Assembly: GCA_964012805.1 (NCBI GenBank)
Contig: CAXGUD010000003.1
Coordinates: forward strand, 32,001-96,000
DNA length: 64,000 nt
Reading direction: 5' to 3'
Origin: an uncultured Bacteriovoracaceae bacterium
GTDB taxonomy: Bacteria > Bdellovibrionota > Bacteriovoracia > Bacteriovoracales > Bacteriovoracaceae
Shown: one piece after another, positions 28,890 to 39,014 of the stretch
Position numbering within the stretch: position 1 is the stretch's first letter
Layout of the letters: the number at the start of each line of letters is the position of its first letter
Made by a program: the position numbers and the translations under genes
Notes under the pieces: model-generated
Databases searched by the model: none
What the model saw: the letters and a program-made list of their open reading frames with translations, nothing else
Told to the model about the DNA's origin: nothing

Positions 28890-29951
28890 ATGGAAAAAAA
28901 GTTAAAAAAATTATCAGTTTTAACAGTTGTTCTCATTGCCCTTTCTATTTTTACTTATATTGAGGATCATAGAAGGGGAACAGGGCTTGCTTTAGGAAGT
29001 GATTTCATAGCCGGTTTTGATGTTGATAAAGTCGCTAAATTAGTTATTGAGGAGTTGGGAGATAACAATAAGTCCCATAAAGTGAGTCTTTTGAAAGAAG
29101 GGGAATCTTTTGTTTTAGAGGATTATTTCGCTTATCCAGCTTCCAATGAGAAAATTAATGATCTTCTATATAAAATTGCCAATATTCAAATTACCCAAAA
29201 GGTCTCTGAAAAAAAGAGCTCTCACCTTGAATACGATTTGACGAAAAAAAAGTCTAAGATTCGTGTTAGTGGCTTTGATAGAACGGGCTCCAAAACATTT
29301 GATTTCTATGTTGGTAAAAAGAAAAAGTACAATGGAAGTTTTATTCGCTTTGCGGATAAAAATCCAGTTTATTTATCTAGTAATGCTCTCTATATTAGTG
29401 GCGAAAAGGACTCTTATATAGAAACTGAACTGATGAATGTAGAAAAGAAAGACTTTGAGGGAATGAGTCTTATCTCTTCTGGAAAGAAGCTTTCCTTTGA
29501 GAAAATAGGTAGTGAAATCAGTTATAAGAGTAATAATTTAACTAGTGTAAACCTTGATGAAAAGAGCAAAGAGAAATTGCTAGATTTTGTAGAAGGTACA
29601 CAGCCGATCCATTTTAATGATTTTAAACCTATTGATTTTAAAGATTTAGCTGACCTTAAGTTTGATTTGAAATTAGAGTTAAAGTCGAAAAATAAAATGA
29701 TATATGATCTTCAGTTTTCGAAAGGAAAAGGGGATTATTATTTAAAAATTTCAAGCAGACTTGAAGATGTACCTGACAAGATAGTTATCTCTAAGGATGA
29801 CGACAAGAAAAAGTTAGCAGGAGTTGAAGACCTTTTAAAGGCCCAAAAAGAGGTTAATCAATTTAATTTAAGTAACTCTCGTTGGATTTTTAAAGTTGAT
29901 AAAACAACCTACGAAGATATTGAAAATTTTTTGAAAGATTTTAAATCCTAA
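28890..29951 (+). CDS. DUF4340-like periplasmic protein
   Basis: N-terminal TM, YPA motif, usual fourth position in GldAFG-like operons. Confidence 0.75.
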   Translation: MEKKLKKLSVLTVVLIALSIFTYIEDHRRGTGLALGSDFIAGFDVDKVAKLVIEELGDNNKSHKVSLLKEGESFVLEDYFAYPASNEKINDLLYKIANIQITQKVSEKKSSHLEYDLTKKKSKIRVSGFDRTGSKTFDFYVGKKKKYNGSFIRFADKNPVYLSSNALYISGEKDSYIETELMNVEKKDFEGMSLISSGKKLSFEKIGSEISYKSNNLTSVNLDEKSKEKLLDFVEGTQPIHFNDFKPIDFKDLADLKFDLKLELKSKNKMIYDLQFSKGKGDYYLKISSRLEDVPDKIVISKDDDKKKLAGVEDLLKAQKEVNQFNLSNSRWIFKVDKTTYEDIENFLKDFKS

Positions 29952-29963
29952 ATTTAAGTAGAC

Positions 29964-30010
29964 GGGCCTTTTGACTTTTTATGTTGGACTTGACGTCAAA
30001 AGGCTCTTCT
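29964..30010 (+). terminator. Hairpin/terminator after the GldAFG-like operon
   Basis: GGGCCTTTTGAC / GTCAAAAGGCTC inverted repeat followed by a pyrimidine tract. Confidence 0.6.
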
Positions 30011-30131
30011 TTATCACTTCCTCTAATTTTCATTTAGAAAACTTATCAAAGGTATTTTTAAAATTCACGTTAGCAAAGTAGGTCGCTTTAAGCGAAAAGC
30101 CTAAGTTTAATTTCTCTTCAGCTTATATTAG

Positions 30132-30947
30132 TTAATTACAAGCTATTGCCTTGTCTTTCGTTAATGGGAAAAGACCAACTGAAAGTTGATAGACCTCTTT
30201 CTTCTCACCTTGCTCAAGGTAACCTGCAAGATTGCTCATGAAATCTTGTATCATTTTTTTTGCTAATTCCATCTTTTCAGTGTCAATAGCAATCGTTGTT
30301 GCTTGAAAGTTTCTTTGTGAGGAGGGGTCATTTTCTAATGAATGAAGACCACGGCAAAGAGTTTCTCTTTGATATTTTTTATGGTGAGACTTATAGTTTT
30401 GCGATTCCTGAGCGACGGGAACATTTGCATCTACTTTTTGGAGGCCACCTTTTTCGTCTTCTAACAGGAAGCCTAATCTAACAAGCCTTTCAATGGCAGT
30501 CATTGCTTTCTTTTCTGTAATTCCAAGCTTTTGAGCAATCCAAGTGGCATTTCCCTGAAAGCCCTGAATGTGGGTTAGTTCAAGTATAGAGAAGTGATGT
30601 AATTCACTTGTAACTTGAATTAAGTCTTCATTCATTTTTAAAAGATTTTCTCTTTTTTCTTGAGTTCTTTTTTCTCTTTTAAGGCTTAAGGCTTTTCTAT
30701 CTTCCATAACGGAAAAAAGAAAAAAGTCTCTCTCTTTGGTAGGTAGATCAAGCTTTGAAACTATTTTATTTGCCGTTTTCATTGTTATTGTTTGTTTATT
30801 AGAAAGAACTCTTGAAAGAGCTGCTACGTCGACACCTAAGCATTTTGCGAAGGCCCTTAAAGAATAGCGCGGGTTTCTACCATTTCTTTTTTGGAGTTCT
30901 TCCCTAAGCATTTCTCTGTAGTGATTACTTGTAACTTCCATTTTCAT
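30132..30947 (-). CDS. TIGR02147 family (DUF4423) HTH protein
   Basis: RNPRYSLRAFAK.LG HTH, SILEL, WIAQKLGI, C-terminal VYQLSVGLFPLT. Confidence 0.88.
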   Translation of the reverse strand: MKMEVTSNHYREMLREELQKRNGRNPRYSLRAFAKCLGVDVAALSRVLSNKQTITMKTANKIVSKLDLPTKERDFFLFSVMEDRKALSLKREKRTQEKRENLLKMNEDLIQVTSELHHFSILELTHIQGFQGNATWIAQKLGITEKKAMTAIERLVRLGFLLEDEKGGLQKVDANVPVAQESQNYKSHHKKYQRETLCRGLHSLENDPSSQRNFQATTIAIDTEKMELAKKMIQDFMSNLAGYLEQGEKKEVYQLSVGLFPLTKDKAIACN

Positions 30948-31124
30948 CTCCTAAATAACCTGCTTTTTCAAAATAAAAATTATTTAAGATACCTTAATTG
31001 CTTTTCAGGTTCCTTCTTGATGATGATTACCATTTCTTTTTGAATTGTTGAGATAGTCGACTGCTACAAGCCGAAAAAGCCCTCTAATGTAATAAATTGT
31101 AAGAAAAGGGGCCCTTTTTTCAGT

Positions 31125-31499
31125 TCACTTTGGGACTTTATGACCTTTTTTGAAGGTTAAAAAAAGGGAAATAAAGAGAGATCCGAAAGTTGAAATGACG
31201 GTAAGGTAGGTAATAAAGTTTGTTGAAAAGTCTTCGTTAAAAAGGTCATCAAGGATGTACTTTATATAAGAAGAGGGTAAATTAGTTTCCCCAATTTCTT
31301 GTTTAACTTTCCAGTGATAGTCAGTTAAGGGGCAATAACCTAAGCCGTACCATATCCCAATGATGAACCAGCAAAAAAGAGTGGAGAGGATTGTGATGAG
31401 GTGTAAGGTCCTGGTTTTCTTAGATATCCATCCAAAAAGGTTAAAAAAAATAAGAAACAAGTGGGTAAACTCAAGTAGCTTATCTAATAGGAAGTTCAA
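31125..31499 (-). CDS. DUF2784 family membrane protein
   Basis: H.....FNLFGW, HL, GYCPLTDYHW, SYIKY; start reassigned to TTG 31499 behind AGGAG, which removes the overlap. Confidence 0.8.
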   Translation of the reverse strand: MNFLLDKLLEFTHLFLIFFNLFGWISKKTRTLHLITILSTLFCWFIIGIWYGLGYCPLTDYHWKVKQEIGETNLPSSYIKYILDDLFNEDFSTNFITYLTVISTFGSLFISLFLTFKKGHKVPK

Positions 31500-31503
31500 A
31501 GTC

Positions 31504-32622
31504 TTATTTCTCCTTTCCTTTATTTGCTTGAAAAGAGATTTTTTTAAAAGAAAGGGCATCAACAGGACAGGCATCAATGCAACCACCGCACCCAATGCAA
31601 GGTGTTGTATCAAGCCCAAAAGATTTTTTTATAGGAGCTTTATCAAGGTGAGCATATGATGCTACATCGATTCCCATTGGGCATGCTTGGGAGCAAAGGT
31701 TAGCCCCTATACATTTGTCGTTAGGTTGAATTTTAAATTTAGTTTTGCCAAAACGACCAAATAATTCCATTCCTTTAGCTAAAGGGCATCCGTAGCGGCA
31801 CCATACCCTTGTTCCTAAAAAAGGATAGGCGCAAATTCCTATAATGGCGCCAAATACAAAGTCAACAATGAAGTCGTTGTAAAACCTTCCAGCTTCTATA
31901 AGGTTGGTTGCCGTTACAACTTTAATAATATCCAAAAATAAAACAAAGCCAAAAAGGATGCCTCCTATTAAGAAAGCCGTTTGAAGATGCTCAAGCTTTT
32001 TTGCAGTTTTACCGGTAGGTGTTTTATGCTTAACCCATGCTGAACCCCATTTTGTAACTCCTATTACCTCGGCCAGGTTTCCACATGAGCAAAACCACGA
32101 ACAATATCTTTTTCCAAAAAGCCAAACGCTTAAAGGAACAACAATAAAAATGTAAAAAAAAGCTGACCATGATGTAAAGCCTCTTGAGACATATATGTAT
32201 GCATCTTTATTTAAATTAGCGATTGGGTCTGCAAAAAAGGACCTCCCTTCTAAGATGGGAGGAAGAATAAATGGAATGATGAAAAAAAAAATTAATTGAC
32301 TTAAAAAAATACTTGTAAATTTAAGCTTTTGATATTTGCTTAAGGGTTTTTGTGATTTTTTACCCTTACCATATATATTTTTTCCAATGAAAAGAACTTT
32401 AAGAGAAATGCCACAAACAATGAGAGTGTAAATAAGCATGTACCAGAAGGATGGGGATTTTCCAAAAAAGTAAAGATCTCCTGAAGAGTTTATTAAATTG
32501 AAAGAAACGAGAAGTTCAGGATACTTTAGAGTAATGTAGCCAAAAATGGTGACCATTAAAAACGTAGGTAGAAATGCTTTCTCTAAATTACTTCTTTGGT
32601 AATCTTTTTTGGTATAACTCAT
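31504..32622 (-). CDS. Membrane-bound 4Fe-4S binding protein (NapH/CcoG-like)
   Basis: GKRYCSWFCSCG, RVWCRYGCP, CIGANLCSQACP, CIGCGGCIDACP, several TMs. Confidence 0.85.
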   Translation of the reverse strand: MSYTKKDYQRSNLEKAFLPTFLMVTIFGYITLKYPELLVSFNLINSSGDLYFFGKSPSFWYMLIYTLIVCGISLKVLFIGKNIYGKGKKSQKPLSKYQKLKFTSIFLSQLIFFFIIPFILPPILEGRSFFADPIANLNKDAYIYVSRGFTSWSAFFYIFIVVPLSVWLFGKRYCSWFCSCGNLAEVIGVTKWGSAWVKHKTPTGKTAKKLEHLQTAFLIGGILFGFVLFLDIIKVVTATNLIEAGRFYNDFIVDFVFGAIIGICAYPFLGTRVWCRYGCPLAKGMELFGRFGKTKFKIQPNDKCIGANLCSQACPMGIDVASYAHLDKAPIKKSFGLDTTPCIGCGGCIDACPVDALSFKKISFQANKGKEK

Positions 32623-32726
32623 ATATTTCTCATTTAGGCAAAAATATGCCTTTTATTATAGCAGGAAAATACAACGGGAAAGAAGGATATCAAAAAAGCA
32701 TTTTTTTGTGACTAAGTAATCTTTGT

Positions 32727-34037
32727 TTAAAGAGGTGAGATAAGTATTGCCTTTAAGTAATCTCCTTCCGGAAAACCTTTTTTTGAGGGTGAATCCCAAT
32801 TGTCTGATTTGAGCTTCTGGAGTTTATGGGTTTTAGATTTTATATGGAGTTTAAACTGTGATTCAATTTCGCCAAAAAACTTTTTGAATGTAATATTATG
32901 TGTGTTTAAAAAAAGGACAATTCTTCCTTTGTCTTCAAGTAGGTTAAGCATTGAAGGAAGAAGTTGATGGTAGGAATTAATAGCCTTACTTCTTTTATTT
33001 CCGTCACTAGATGTTGAAGGGGGATCACAAATAATAAGATTGAATTTTTTGTTATCTGATTCATATCCGCTGAGTGAATTCATTGCCGAGGATACTTTAC
33101 TATGGTGGCAGGAAGAATCGATGGCCGGGTTTAGCTCCATATTATGTTCGAGCCATTTCATATATTTAGGAGATAAGTCTACAGAGTGAACATCTTTAGA
33201 TCCAAATTTAAGGGCAAACAGAGAAAAAGCTCCTGTGTAGGAAAATAAATTTAAAACACTTGAATCTGGAGTGATAAATTCTTTTATTGAGCTTCTAAAT
33301 GGAGACATATCTGTATAAAGACCAAAGTCATAAGTTTGACCTAGGTGAATTTGGTAGTTTATGTCAAACTCTTTACTTAAAAAGGATAACTTTCCATCTC
33401 CTTTTGGAAAAGTTGAAAGCGACTTCTTTTGCAAAGGGATACTTTTATTTTGTGACCTCGTCTGAATAAAGATGTCGACGCCTTTTTCCTTCCATTCTGG
33501 GAAAAACCTTTTAAAAGCATAGCTTAGTTTTGAAAGTAGTTCTTTTTGAAAATGAGTCCAAAAATTTGAATAATACTGAATAAGGACTTTTCCAGGAGAA
33601 AGAACTTGGATTTTAAGTCCTGGAAGAGAATCTGATTCGCCAAAAACCAGATAAAAGTTTTCTCTTATCTCATGGATTGGAGTTTTTATGTCTGCCTGTA
33701 TTTTTGGTATCCTCTTTTCAATTGAAATGATGAGCCTTGAAAGGAGCTCCTCTTCAAATGCAGATCGTCCCCAGGTTTCAGGAGATGCATAAGACCAAAG
33801 CCTGGCCTTCACCTTTGGGTGGTTAGGGTCGTGTATAAAAACGCCAAAAGATGTAGGGCTTTTTTCTTTAGTACCTTTTAAAAAGTGAGCTTTTTGTGGA
33901 AATCTTTTGGTAAAAGAATCTTCTGTTACCCATGGATGCCCTTTTTTAACATATTTTATAGTATGTGGATGAAACTCAACCATTGCGCATCGAAATGGAT
34001 TTTGGGTGAATTTATAGGCTTTATTGTTCATTCTCAC
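32727..34037 (-). CDS. RlmI/RlmK-family rRNA methyltransferase
   Basis: GHPWV PUA start, ESDSLPGL, GLYTD, VLNLFSYTGAFS, VDLS, CDPP; start may be ATG 33983. Confidence 0.88.
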   Translation of the reverse strand: MRMNNKAYKFTQNPFRCAMVEFHPHTIKYVKKGHPWVTEDSFTKRFPQKAHFLKGTKEKSPTSFGVFIHDPNHPKVKARLWSYASPETWGRSAFEEELLSRLIISIEKRIPKIQADIKTPIHEIRENFYLVFGESDSLPGLKIQVLSPGKVLIQYYSNFWTHFQKELLSKLSYAFKRFFPEWKEKGVDIFIQTRSQNKSIPLQKKSLSTFPKGDGKLSFLSKEFDINYQIHLGQTYDFGLYTDMSPFRSSIKEFITPDSSVLNLFSYTGAFSLFALKFGSKDVHSVDLSPKYMKWLEHNMELNPAIDSSCHHSKVSSAMNSLSGYESDNKKFNLIICDPPSTSSDGNKRSKAINSYHQLLPSMLNLLEDKGRIVLFLNTHNITFKKFFGEIESQFKLHIKSKTHKLQKLKSDNWDSPSKKGFPEGDYLKAILISPL

Positions 34038-34273
34038 TTTGATCTTTCCTCGGAGCTAAAGGAATTTAATTGAGTTTGAGTCTTGTCAATGAGGACTAAA
34101 AGTTCGTTAGTGACCTTGATTGGATTGGACTCGAAAATTCCTAAACTTTCTAAGACTGTTTTATCTTCCTCTTTTATAGGTACTTGAAAAGGATCTATAG
34201 ATTTGCAGAGGCTCTGAACGGTTTCAAGCTTATGCTTTAACTGCACTTCTGGGCTTTCTTTATGGTAATCCAT
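34034..34273 (-). CDS. Small hypothetical protein
   Basis: 79 aa, AAGGA SD, stop overlaps the GTG of the methyltransferase gene. Confidence 0.6.
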   Translation of the reverse strand: MDYHKESPEVQLKHKLETVQSLCKSIDPFQVPIKEEDKTVLESLGIFESNPIKVTNELLVLIDKTQTQLNSFSSEERSK

Positions 34274-34383
34274 TAACGCGTCCTTAAAAAAGAGTCAGAA
34301 AGCAATCTAGGCTTTCTCTTTCATGCCGGCAAGAAAATTTCATCAAGGAGTAAATTTTGTCCGGGTTATAACAAAGGCGTACA

Positions 34384-34920
34384 TTATTTTTTGCCATGTG
34401 CGTTATTGCAGGACCTTAAAGTCATTTCAAAGCGAGACGTGAAGTTTCCCCTCATAGGTTCGAAGTAGGGGTCTTCAGAGAGGCAGTTAATTTCTGTGTG
34501 ATATTTTCTCTTCTTTAGAAAGGCAACACCATTGGAGCACCGGTATTTTTTAGGATCAATGAGTAACCCATCCGGACGTCGAATATAGCCCTTTTTCAAA
34601 AAAAGAGGGTTCACTTTTCCTCTACATTGATAAGCTTTGTAACCTCCACCAAGGTCCCTTAAAACGGTTGATTTAGGAAGAATTGAGCAGCGTTGAATGC
34701 CAGTTTTAGGCTCTGTAAAGGCATATTGGCCCTCCAGGCAATTTTGGGAAAGGTTTCGGGCAGGATGGGAGTGAAAACCTTCATAACTGGCTTGAGGAAA
34801 AATCTGCTTTTGAGAAAGCTTCTTGGTGATAGGTTTTCTTTTTGAGAATAAGCCACATCCCGCTAAACAGCTTATGATAAAACTCAAGAGAATCCATTGA
34901 TAAGTTATCTTTCTTTTCAT
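34384..34920 (-). CDS. Hypothetical Cys-rich lipoprotein
   Basis: MKRK plus hydrophobic core and LAGC lipobox from ATG 34920; six further Cys. Confidence 0.6.
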   Translation of the reverse strand: MKRKITYQWILLSFIISCLAGCGLFSKRKPITKKLSQKQIFPQASYEGFHSHPARNLSQNCLEGQYAFTEPKTGIQRCSILPKSTVLRDLGGGYKAYQCRGKVNPLFLKKGYIRRPDGLLIDPKKYRCSNGVAFLKKRKYHTEINCLSEDPYFEPMRGNFTSRFEMTLRSCNNAHGKK

Positions 34921-34999
34921 CTTCTTGCTATTGTAAGCCACAGTTCTTGTTGGATGCAATATCTAGGTCCCTCACGAAAATCTAATTTTGGCTTAACCT

Positions 35000-35887
35000 T
35001 TGCATTCTATTGAAATTATGATTTTGGCAGCAATTTTATATTTAATTTTCTCAATACCTTTCATCTTTTTTTATTTAGAAAGAGGTCATAGAAATCAGTT
35101 AAGGTCGGGAGAGAAATTAATTCATTGGATGACTTGTTGGAATTCTCATAAAGATTTTTTTTCTTTTTCAAAGGACAAGGATGAGAGTGGGGAAGGGTAC
35201 AAATTTTATACTGGACTAGTTAATGAAATACTTTTCTATAAAAGGGAGTTAGGTGGACACCCAAAGAAGAACTTCCAGGAGGTTAAAAGGGCCCTTTTAG
35301 GAGATGTCCGTTTTGAAAAAAAAGTTGAAAAAGAAATGAGAGGATCTTTTTTTCAGTATATTTGCTTGGGGGTCACGACTTGGCTTTTTATAGGCGCTAG
35401 TCATAAGATTTTGGGGCCAAAAGTTTCTATTAAGCCGGAAACTCTTCTGCTTATCCTTTGCTTCCAGATGGTAGGTGTTTTGCTTTATCAAATTGTTTGC
35501 CATAGGGTTAAGAAAAAAGACTTTTATTTTTTTAACCTCTATTATGGACCCTTATTTAGGTTTTTCTGCCTTATTTATTTGAATTTACCGGTAGGAATAG
35601 TTTTAGAAAAAAGTGGATTTGAAGTTTTTTACAGAAAAGAACCTCTAAGTTGGAAGCCTGTTTTAGAAGATTTAAGAGGTCTTATAGATAGGTGGAAAAA
35701 TCAAGGTAGCGAGGTGCGAAGTGAGTTAAGTGATATCGTTGAGGAGGTATATTTTTTGAGAGATTTAAGTTTTGAAAAATATAGAGAAAAGATTCAATTT
35801 TTGAGGCTTGTTTTTCTTGGAATTTTCTTTTTATGTCCTTATTTATTTTATCTTTCTGTCTTGTTAAGCTCCTTTTTGATTGTATAA
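35000..35887 (+). CDS. Membrane protein, possibly a TadB/TadC (T2SSF)-like pilus platform
   Basis: TM - helical domain - 2 TM - helical domain - TM; both soluble domains have a helix-Gly-helix pattern like T2SSF. Confidence 0.5.
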   Translation: MHSIEIMILAAILYLIFSIPFIFFYLERGHRNQLRSGEKLIHWMTCWNSHKDFFSFSKDKDESGEGYKFYTGLVNEILFYKRELGGHPKKNFQEVKRALLGDVRFEKKVEKEMRGSFFQYICLGVTTWLFIGASHKILGPKVSIKPETLLLILCFQMVGVLLYQIVCHRVKKKDFYFFNLYYGPLFRFFCLIYLNLPVGIVLEKSGFEVFYRKEPLSWKPVLEDLRGLIDRWKNQGSEVRSELSDIVEEVYFLRDLSFEKYREKIQFLRLVFLGIFFLCPYLFYLSVLLSSFLIV

Positions 35888-35971
35888 GGTGGTGGCGTGT
35901 AATACATTTAATTTCTTCAAAATGAAGGACAAATTAATGCACCAAGTACTAGTTCGAAAAGGATGTGACTT

Positions 35972-37645
35972 ATGGCGACAAATGATAAGCAGATAATTTA
36001 TTCTATGAGCAATGTTGGTAAGGTTTATCGCAATAAGCAAGTATTAAAAGATATAAGCCTATCTTATTTTTATGGTGCAAAAATTGGTGTTTTGGGTTTA
36101 AACGGTTCTGGAAAAAGTACGCTTCTTCGCATTATGGCAGGCGTTGAGGAAGACTTTTTGGGGAACGCAGTTTTGTCTAAAGGTTATAGAGTCGGCTATT
36201 TGGAACAAGAGCCTCAGTTAGATCCAGAGAAGACAGTCAAAGAAGTTGTTCAAGAAGGCGTTCAAGAAGTCGTCGATCTTTTAAAGGAATACGATGATAT
36301 TAGTGCACAATTTGAAACGGCAACTGACTATGATGCTCTTTTGGCAAGGCAAGCGAAAGTTCAAGATATGCTGGATGCCTGCAATGGATGGGACCTCGAT
36401 AGTAAACTTGATCTAGCAATGAACTCTTTAAGGTGCCCGCCAGCAGATCAAAAAACCGGTGTTTTGTCCGGAGGTGAAAAGAGGAGGGTTGCCTTATGCC
36501 GCCTTCTCTTAAGAGAGCCCGAAATCTTGCTTCTTGATGAGCCGACAAACCACTTGGACGCAGAAACAGTTTTGTGGCTTGAGAACCATCTTAAAGATTA
36601 TAAAGGTACAATTATTGCGGTTACGCACGACAGGTACTTCCTTGATAACGTTGCTGGTTGGATTTTGGAACTTGATAGGGGTCACGGGATTCCTTTTAAA
36701 GGAAACTATACAAGCTGGTTAGAGCAAAAAACAGCACGTTTGGCCCAGGAGGAGAAAGCAGAGTCCAAAAGACAAAAGTCATTAAAAGAAGAGCTGGATT
36801 GGATTCAAAAAGGACCAAAAGCAAGACAAGCAAAAAGTAAAGCCAGAATTAAAAATTATGAAGAAAGGCTAAGAGAACAAACTGAAAAAAGAAATGAAAC
36901 GAATGATCTTTATATTCCACCTGGACCAAGATTGGGGGACCTTGTTCTTGAGGCAACGAATTTAGAAAAGTCCTTTGGTGAAAAGCTTCTTTTTGAAAAC
37001 TTTAACTTTAAGTTGCCTCCAGGGGGTATCGTCGGTGTTATAGGACCCAACGGTGCAGGTAAGACAACTCTTTTTAAGCTTCTTACGAATCAGGAAAAGC
37101 CTGACAATGGTTCACTTAAAGTTGGTGAAACAGTAAAGCTGGTCTATGTAGACCAGGGAAGAGAACTTGATCCTTCAAAAAGTATTCTTGATGTCATTTC
37201 GGGCGGAACCGAGCATATAAAAATGGGCAGCCGTGAAATTAATTCGAGGGCCTATATTTCCCGTTTTAATTTTACAGGGGATGATCATAACAAAAAAGTG
37301 ACTGAGCTCTCAGGCGGAGAGAGGAATAGAGTTCATTTGGCCAGTATGTTAAAAGAAGAAGGTAATGTGCTTCTCCTTGATGAGCCAACAAACGATTTAG
37401 ACGTGAACACTTTGAGGGCATTAGAAAAAGCTTTGATGGACTACTCTGGTTGCGCTGTGGTTATTTCTCACGACCGTTACTTTCTCGATAGAATTGCTAC
37501 TCATATTCTTGCCTTTGAAGGAGATAGCAAAGTTGTTTGGTTTGATGGAAATTTCTCGGAGTATGAGGAAGACAAAAGAAAGAGGCTTGGTGATGATGCT
37601 TTGAGACCGAGAAGGATAGCTTATAAGAAGCTTAAGCGTGATTGA
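35972..37645 (+). CDS. ettA: Energy-dependent translational throttle (ABC-F)
   Basis: SYFYGAKIGVLGLNGSGKST, two ABC domains, VTHDRYFLDNVAGWILELDRG, IPPGPRLG, YKKL end; 557 aa. Confidence 0.96.
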   Translation: MATNDKQIIYSMSNVGKVYRNKQVLKDISLSYFYGAKIGVLGLNGSGKSTLLRIMAGVEEDFLGNAVLSKGYRVGYLEQEPQLDPEKTVKEVVQEGVQEVVDLLKEYDDISAQFETATDYDALLARQAKVQDMLDACNGWDLDSKLDLAMNSLRCPPADQKTGVLSGGEKRRVALCRLLLREPEILLLDEPTNHLDAETVLWLENHLKDYKGTIIAVTHDRYFLDNVAGWILELDRGHGIPFKGNYTSWLEQKTARLAQEEKAESKRQKSLKEELDWIQKGPKARQAKSKARIKNYEERLREQTEKRNETNDLYIPPGPRLGDLVLEATNLEKSFGEKLLFENFNFKLPPGGIVGVIGPNGAGKTTLFKLLTNQEKPDNGSLKVGETVKLVYVDQGRELDPSKSILDVISGGTEHIKMGSREINSRAYISRFNFTGDDHNKKVTELSGGERNRVHLASMLKEEGNVLLLDEPTNDLDVNTLRALEKALMDYSGCAVVISHDRYFLDRIATHILAFEGDSKVVWFDGNFSEYEEDKRKRLGDDALRPRRIAYKKLKRD

Positions 37646-37707
37646 TCATCTGAGTTGATAATTCGAAAAGTCGCTTTGTTTGAAAACTTAGTGATTAGGA
37701 TTCAAAA

Positions 37708-39000
37708 ATGTCTAAGCAAGCAAATTCAAAGTTTGTCGTGGCCAAGTTTGGTGGAACTAGTGTCCGCGACTCTATTGCCATTAAGAACTGTGCTGAAATT
37801 GTTAAAAGCTTACCTGAAGTGAAAGTAGTCGTTGTTAGTGCAACTTCGCAGACAACAAACCACCTTGAAGGAGTGGCTGACTGCATTCGAATGAATCAAA
37901 AAGAGGATGCTTTAGCAGCCTATAACAAAATTGTGAAGCGTCATATAGGGATTTGTGAGGGTCTGTCTGGAGACTCTCTTCTTCGTGGGTTTATTGATGA
38001 GCTTGATTTTGAAGGTTCTAGGATTATTGAGGAAGCAGTCGAGTTAGGAAAAGGTGTTTCTCCTATGATAATGGACCAGCTCTATAGTCTGGGTGAAAGG
38101 TTCTCATCATCACTTTTCTCTTTTGCACTTCAAAGTTCTCTCGGAGAGAGCTATCGTGTTAAGTATTTGGACGCGAGAGAATTTGTAAAAACTGATAGCT
38201 CGTTTGGTAAAGCAGTTCCACAGATGGATAAGCTTAATGAGAAAGTAGGTTCATTATTTGCTCCTTTTTTAGATGAAGACCTGGAGGAGTTAAGGTTGGT
38301 GGCCGTTACTCAAGGTTTTATAGGCTCAGATGATCAAGGTCGGACAACGACTTTAGGAAGAGAAGGATCAGACTTTTCAGCAGCTCTTCTTGCATCTTCC
38401 CTTGATGCAGAATCCCTTACTATTTGGAGTGATGTAGAGGGAGTTCTTACTACCGATCCGAGAGTTTATCCTGATGCTAAGACTATTCCTGAGCTATCTT
38501 ATAAAGATGCGACTAAGATCGCCAAGCTAGGGGCCAAGGTCTTATTTCCAGAAACTCTTGCTCCTGTGCAGAAGAAGAATATTCCTGTTTATGTTGGAAG
38601 CAGTCTTAAACCTAATGGCAAGGGAACCTGGATTAAAAAAGGGCCCTCAAGCCCGAGCTTTTTTTCAATTATACTCAAAAAAGGCTTTATGTTTAATGAA
38701 GCTCCTCTTGAAGGTGTAGGTGAGACCTCTGTTTTTTTTATTGAAGAAGATAGCTTATTTTCTGAGTTATCAAATATATCAGAGGAAGTTTTAAGAAAAT
38801 TGAAAAGGGCCTATCAGTTCTCTTTTGTTTCCTCTTTTTCAGAAGGGGAGGAGTGTTTGACATTTAGCTCTCTTTCTAAACTTTTTGGTGAGGGGGAGTC
38901 TCCCCTTATTCCTGATGAGAGTGAGTATAATGGCGCTTTAAGATTTTTGGTTTTAGAGAAAGAGTGTCAGGATGTTCTTAAAATGCTTCACAAAATTTAA
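37708..39000 (+). CDS. lysC: Aspartate kinase with divergent C-terminus
   Basis: KFGGTSV, VVSA, GER.S, TTLGREGSDFSA, WSDVEG, DPR, GAKVL. Confidence 0.88.
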   Translation: MSKQANSKFVVAKFGGTSVRDSIAIKNCAEIVKSLPEVKVVVVSATSQTTNHLEGVADCIRMNQKEDALAAYNKIVKRHIGICEGLSGDSLLRGFIDELDFEGSRIIEEAVELGKGVSPMIMDQLYSLGERFSSSLFSFALQSSLGESYRVKYLDAREFVKTDSSFGKAVPQMDKLNEKVGSLFAPFLDEDLEELRLVAVTQGFIGSDDQGRTTTLGREGSDFSAALLASSLDAESLTIWSDVEGVLTTDPRVYPDAKTIPELSYKDATKIAKLGAKVLFPETLAPVQKKNIPVYVGSSLKPNGKGTWIKKGPSSPSFFSIILKKGFMFNEAPLEGVGETSVFFIEEDSLFSELSNISEEVLRKLKRAYQFSFVSSFSEGEECLTFSSLSKLFGEGESPLIPDESEYNGALRFLVLEKECQDVLKMLHKI

Positions 39001-39014
39001 ATAAAGTATTCAAA

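Noticed and set aside
31500..31619. N-terminal extension of the DUF2784 ORF
   Set aside because: Overlaps the ferredoxin domain of the upstream gene; TTG 31499 has a good SD
34286..34364. Two hairpins upstream of the 79-aa gene and rlmI-like gene, as a possible riboswitch
   Set aside because: No recognisable aptamer motif; could simply terminate the upstream lipoprotein gene
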